From: a bacterium
GTDB taxonomy: Bacteria; Patescibacteriota; Dojkabacteria; JAOAGR01; JBAXGO01
NCBI GenBank assembly: GCA_037139335.1
Contig: JBAXGO010000003.1
Coordinates: 1 to 49,952 of the forward strand
Direction: 5' to 3'
Length of the DNA stretch: 49,952 bases
Part shown: piece after piece, positions 48,561 to 49,952 of the stretch
How positions within the stretch are numbered: position 1 is the first letter of the stretch
How the letters are laid out: each line of letters starts with the position of its first letter
Translations under genes and position numbers: made by a program
Notes under the pieces: model-generated
The model's input: only the letters and a program-made list of their open reading frames with translations
What the model was told of the DNA's origin: nothing
The model's database searches: none

Positions 48561-49677
48561 TATTATTTTTCTTGCGTGCTATAATTTTATCAAGAAATAT
48601 AAAAATTAGCAAAACTAATAAACAGCTGCTAAGAATTAGAAATGTTATTTGAAGTCCTGATAGCAAAATTGCAGCCAACCCTGCGATAAAAGTACATATG
48701 TATTCTACAAACGCCACGCGTCTTTTCCCATAACCTAATGACATTAATCTATGATGAAGATGAGTTGTGTCGGATACATTTAATATGCTGAAAAAATCTT
48801 TAGGTGTTTTTGGTTTTATCCTTTTCAATCTGCCAAATAGTACCCACAAAAAGTCAACGAGAGGGAATACAATTATTAATATAGCTATGGGAAGTTTAAC
48901 TTGGCTTGTTATAGCTAATATACCAATTAAGAAACCAGATATTTGTCCACCGTAGCTATTAAAAATTTTTGCTGGATAAAAATTATATTTTAATAAACCT
49001 AAATTACTGCCTAGTAATAATGCTGATAGTACTGCAGAACTTGTATTATCATCTCTAATACTTACCAATAATATTATTAACGATGCTATAGAAACATTAC
49101 CGTTTAATACACCATCGACACCATCATTCCAATTTATTGCATTAATAACTATCATCAGCCAGAAAAAAGTTATTACTATACTGAGTAAACTGAAACTTAC
49201 GTTATTGCTAAAAATTTCAAACGCTACTCGGCCTCTATCAAAATTAAGAAATGTGTCAGTGAATGGATTATTAGCTTCCGTAATATTAATTCCCGCAAAT
49301 ATTACAAAGAATGAGCAGAAGGAAAGTAGTAAAAATTGAAGCTTGCCAGAAAGATTATATATATCATCAAATATTCCAAATATAGTTAGTAATAATAGCG
49401 AAATAAAAATTGCCGCTATTTGTAAATCAATTCGTAGAAAAATAGGTGTTACTACAAATATTGGTAATATTATTGGCAGGAAACCAAGTTTTGGGATTAT
49501 CCCCTTGTGTATATGTGTAGTGTAACCTCGCTCTTTTTCATCACGTAGATGCTGAGGTTTGGATACTGCTCCGATTTTATGAGCTAACTTCATTATTAGT
49601 GGAGTCACTATAATGGCAAATGTAAAACTAAGTAATACAATTGGAATATAGTTTATATACTTTTGAAGATCTCCCAT
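48553..49677 (-). CDS. MraY/WecA/TagO family undecaprenyl-phosphate sugar-1-phosphate transferase
   Basis: IPKLG, GIFDD, INAINWNDGVDG, NFYPAKIF, HLHHRL. Confidence 0.88.
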   Translation of the reverse strand: MGDLQKYINYIPIVLLSFTFAIIVTPLIMKLAHKIGAVSKPQHLRDEKERGYTTHIHKGIIPKLGFLPIILPIFVVTPIFLRIDLQIAAIFISLLLLTIFGIFDDIYNLSGKLQFLLLSFCSFFVIFAGINITEANNPFTDTFLNFDRGRVAFEIFSNNVSFSLLSIVITFFWLMIVINAINWNDGVDGVLNGNVSIASLIILLVSIRDDNTSSAVLSALLLGSNLGLLKYNFYPAKIFNSYGGQISGFLIGILAITSQVKLPIAILIIVFPLVDFLWVLFGRLKRIKPKTPKDFFSILNVSDTTHLHHRLMSLGYGKRRVAFVEYICTFIAGLAAILLSGLQITFLILSSCLLVLLIFIFLDKIIARKKNNNA

Positions 49678-49791
49678 AATAGCCAAAGTGTACAAATAAA
49701 AAAATGATAGTTGATTATAGACCTTTTATAGTAGTTGGAAAACCACCATAAAAGGCCGTTGTCTTTATATAGCAAGATTTATTTAATTGAT

Positions 49792-49952
49792 TCAAATCAA
49801 CTCAGCTTTTATTCTTCTCACACCTGCACTTGAAGATTCTTCTTTAGTAATTTTGAATTTGCCAAATTTCTTTATCTCACTTGTGTTTTTTACGTGAGGG
49901 CCTCCGCATATTTCAAATGAGAAGACATATTCGTCTTTGAAATTATTTTCAA
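49792..49952 (-). CDS. alaS: Alanine--tRNA ligase, 3' end only (short form ending at the editing domain; absent from the ORF track)
   Basis: Minus frame reads ..[46 protein letters not shown]; continues beyond the window. Confidence 0.75.
   Translation of the reverse strand, partial: ENNFKDEYVFSFEICGGPHVKNTSEIKKFGKFKITKEESSSAGVRRIKAELI

Noticed and set aside
90-49525. Many short antisense or overlapping ORFs in the track (e.g. 16284..16757, 11326..11742, 25710..26048, 33405..33716, 40680..41000)
   Set aside because: All lie opposite or within well-supported genes, have no motifs and show shadow-frame composition
1-49952. Prophage, IS, integron, CRISPR-Cas or recognisable defence island
   Set aside because: No integrase, transposase, capsid, cas, restriction-modification or spacer-repeat array recognised

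Overview
AT-rich bacterial chromosomal segment with frequent strand switching. The gene content suggests a CPR/Patescibacteria genome (inference only): short C-Ala-less AlaRS, sortase, CAP- and Ig-domain surface proteins, GatD, a wHTH-NTase and a zinc-ribbon protein beside an MraY-family gene. Standard code 11 fits, since several genes end in TGA. It carries housekeeping genes (fusA, dnaK, infC-rpmI-rplT, rplS-rnhB, rplY, dus, alaS 3' end), envelope genes (RodA/FtsW, WecA/MraY-like, GT87, GatD, sortase, SanA), carbohydrate enzymes (GH15, PMM/PGM) and several orphan or membrane proteins. I found no rRNA, tRNA, CRISPR array, transposase or integrase. Best leads: (1) an ECF sigma gene followed by a 770-aa putative anti-sigma, each preceded by a TGTCCCCC motif, then an unannotated secreted-protein frame broken by one in-frame TGA; (2) three REP-like palindromic elements with one shared architecture; (3) a dnaK promoter overlapped by a variant CIRCE and followed by a perfect 24-bp palindrome; (4) a DUF3605/GIG1-like gene, a family known mainly from fungi and viruses; (5) a catalytically dead ALDH-fold protein; (6) candidate structured leaders before fusA and the CAP-domain gene. 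Family calls rest on motif recognition by eye; no searches were run.
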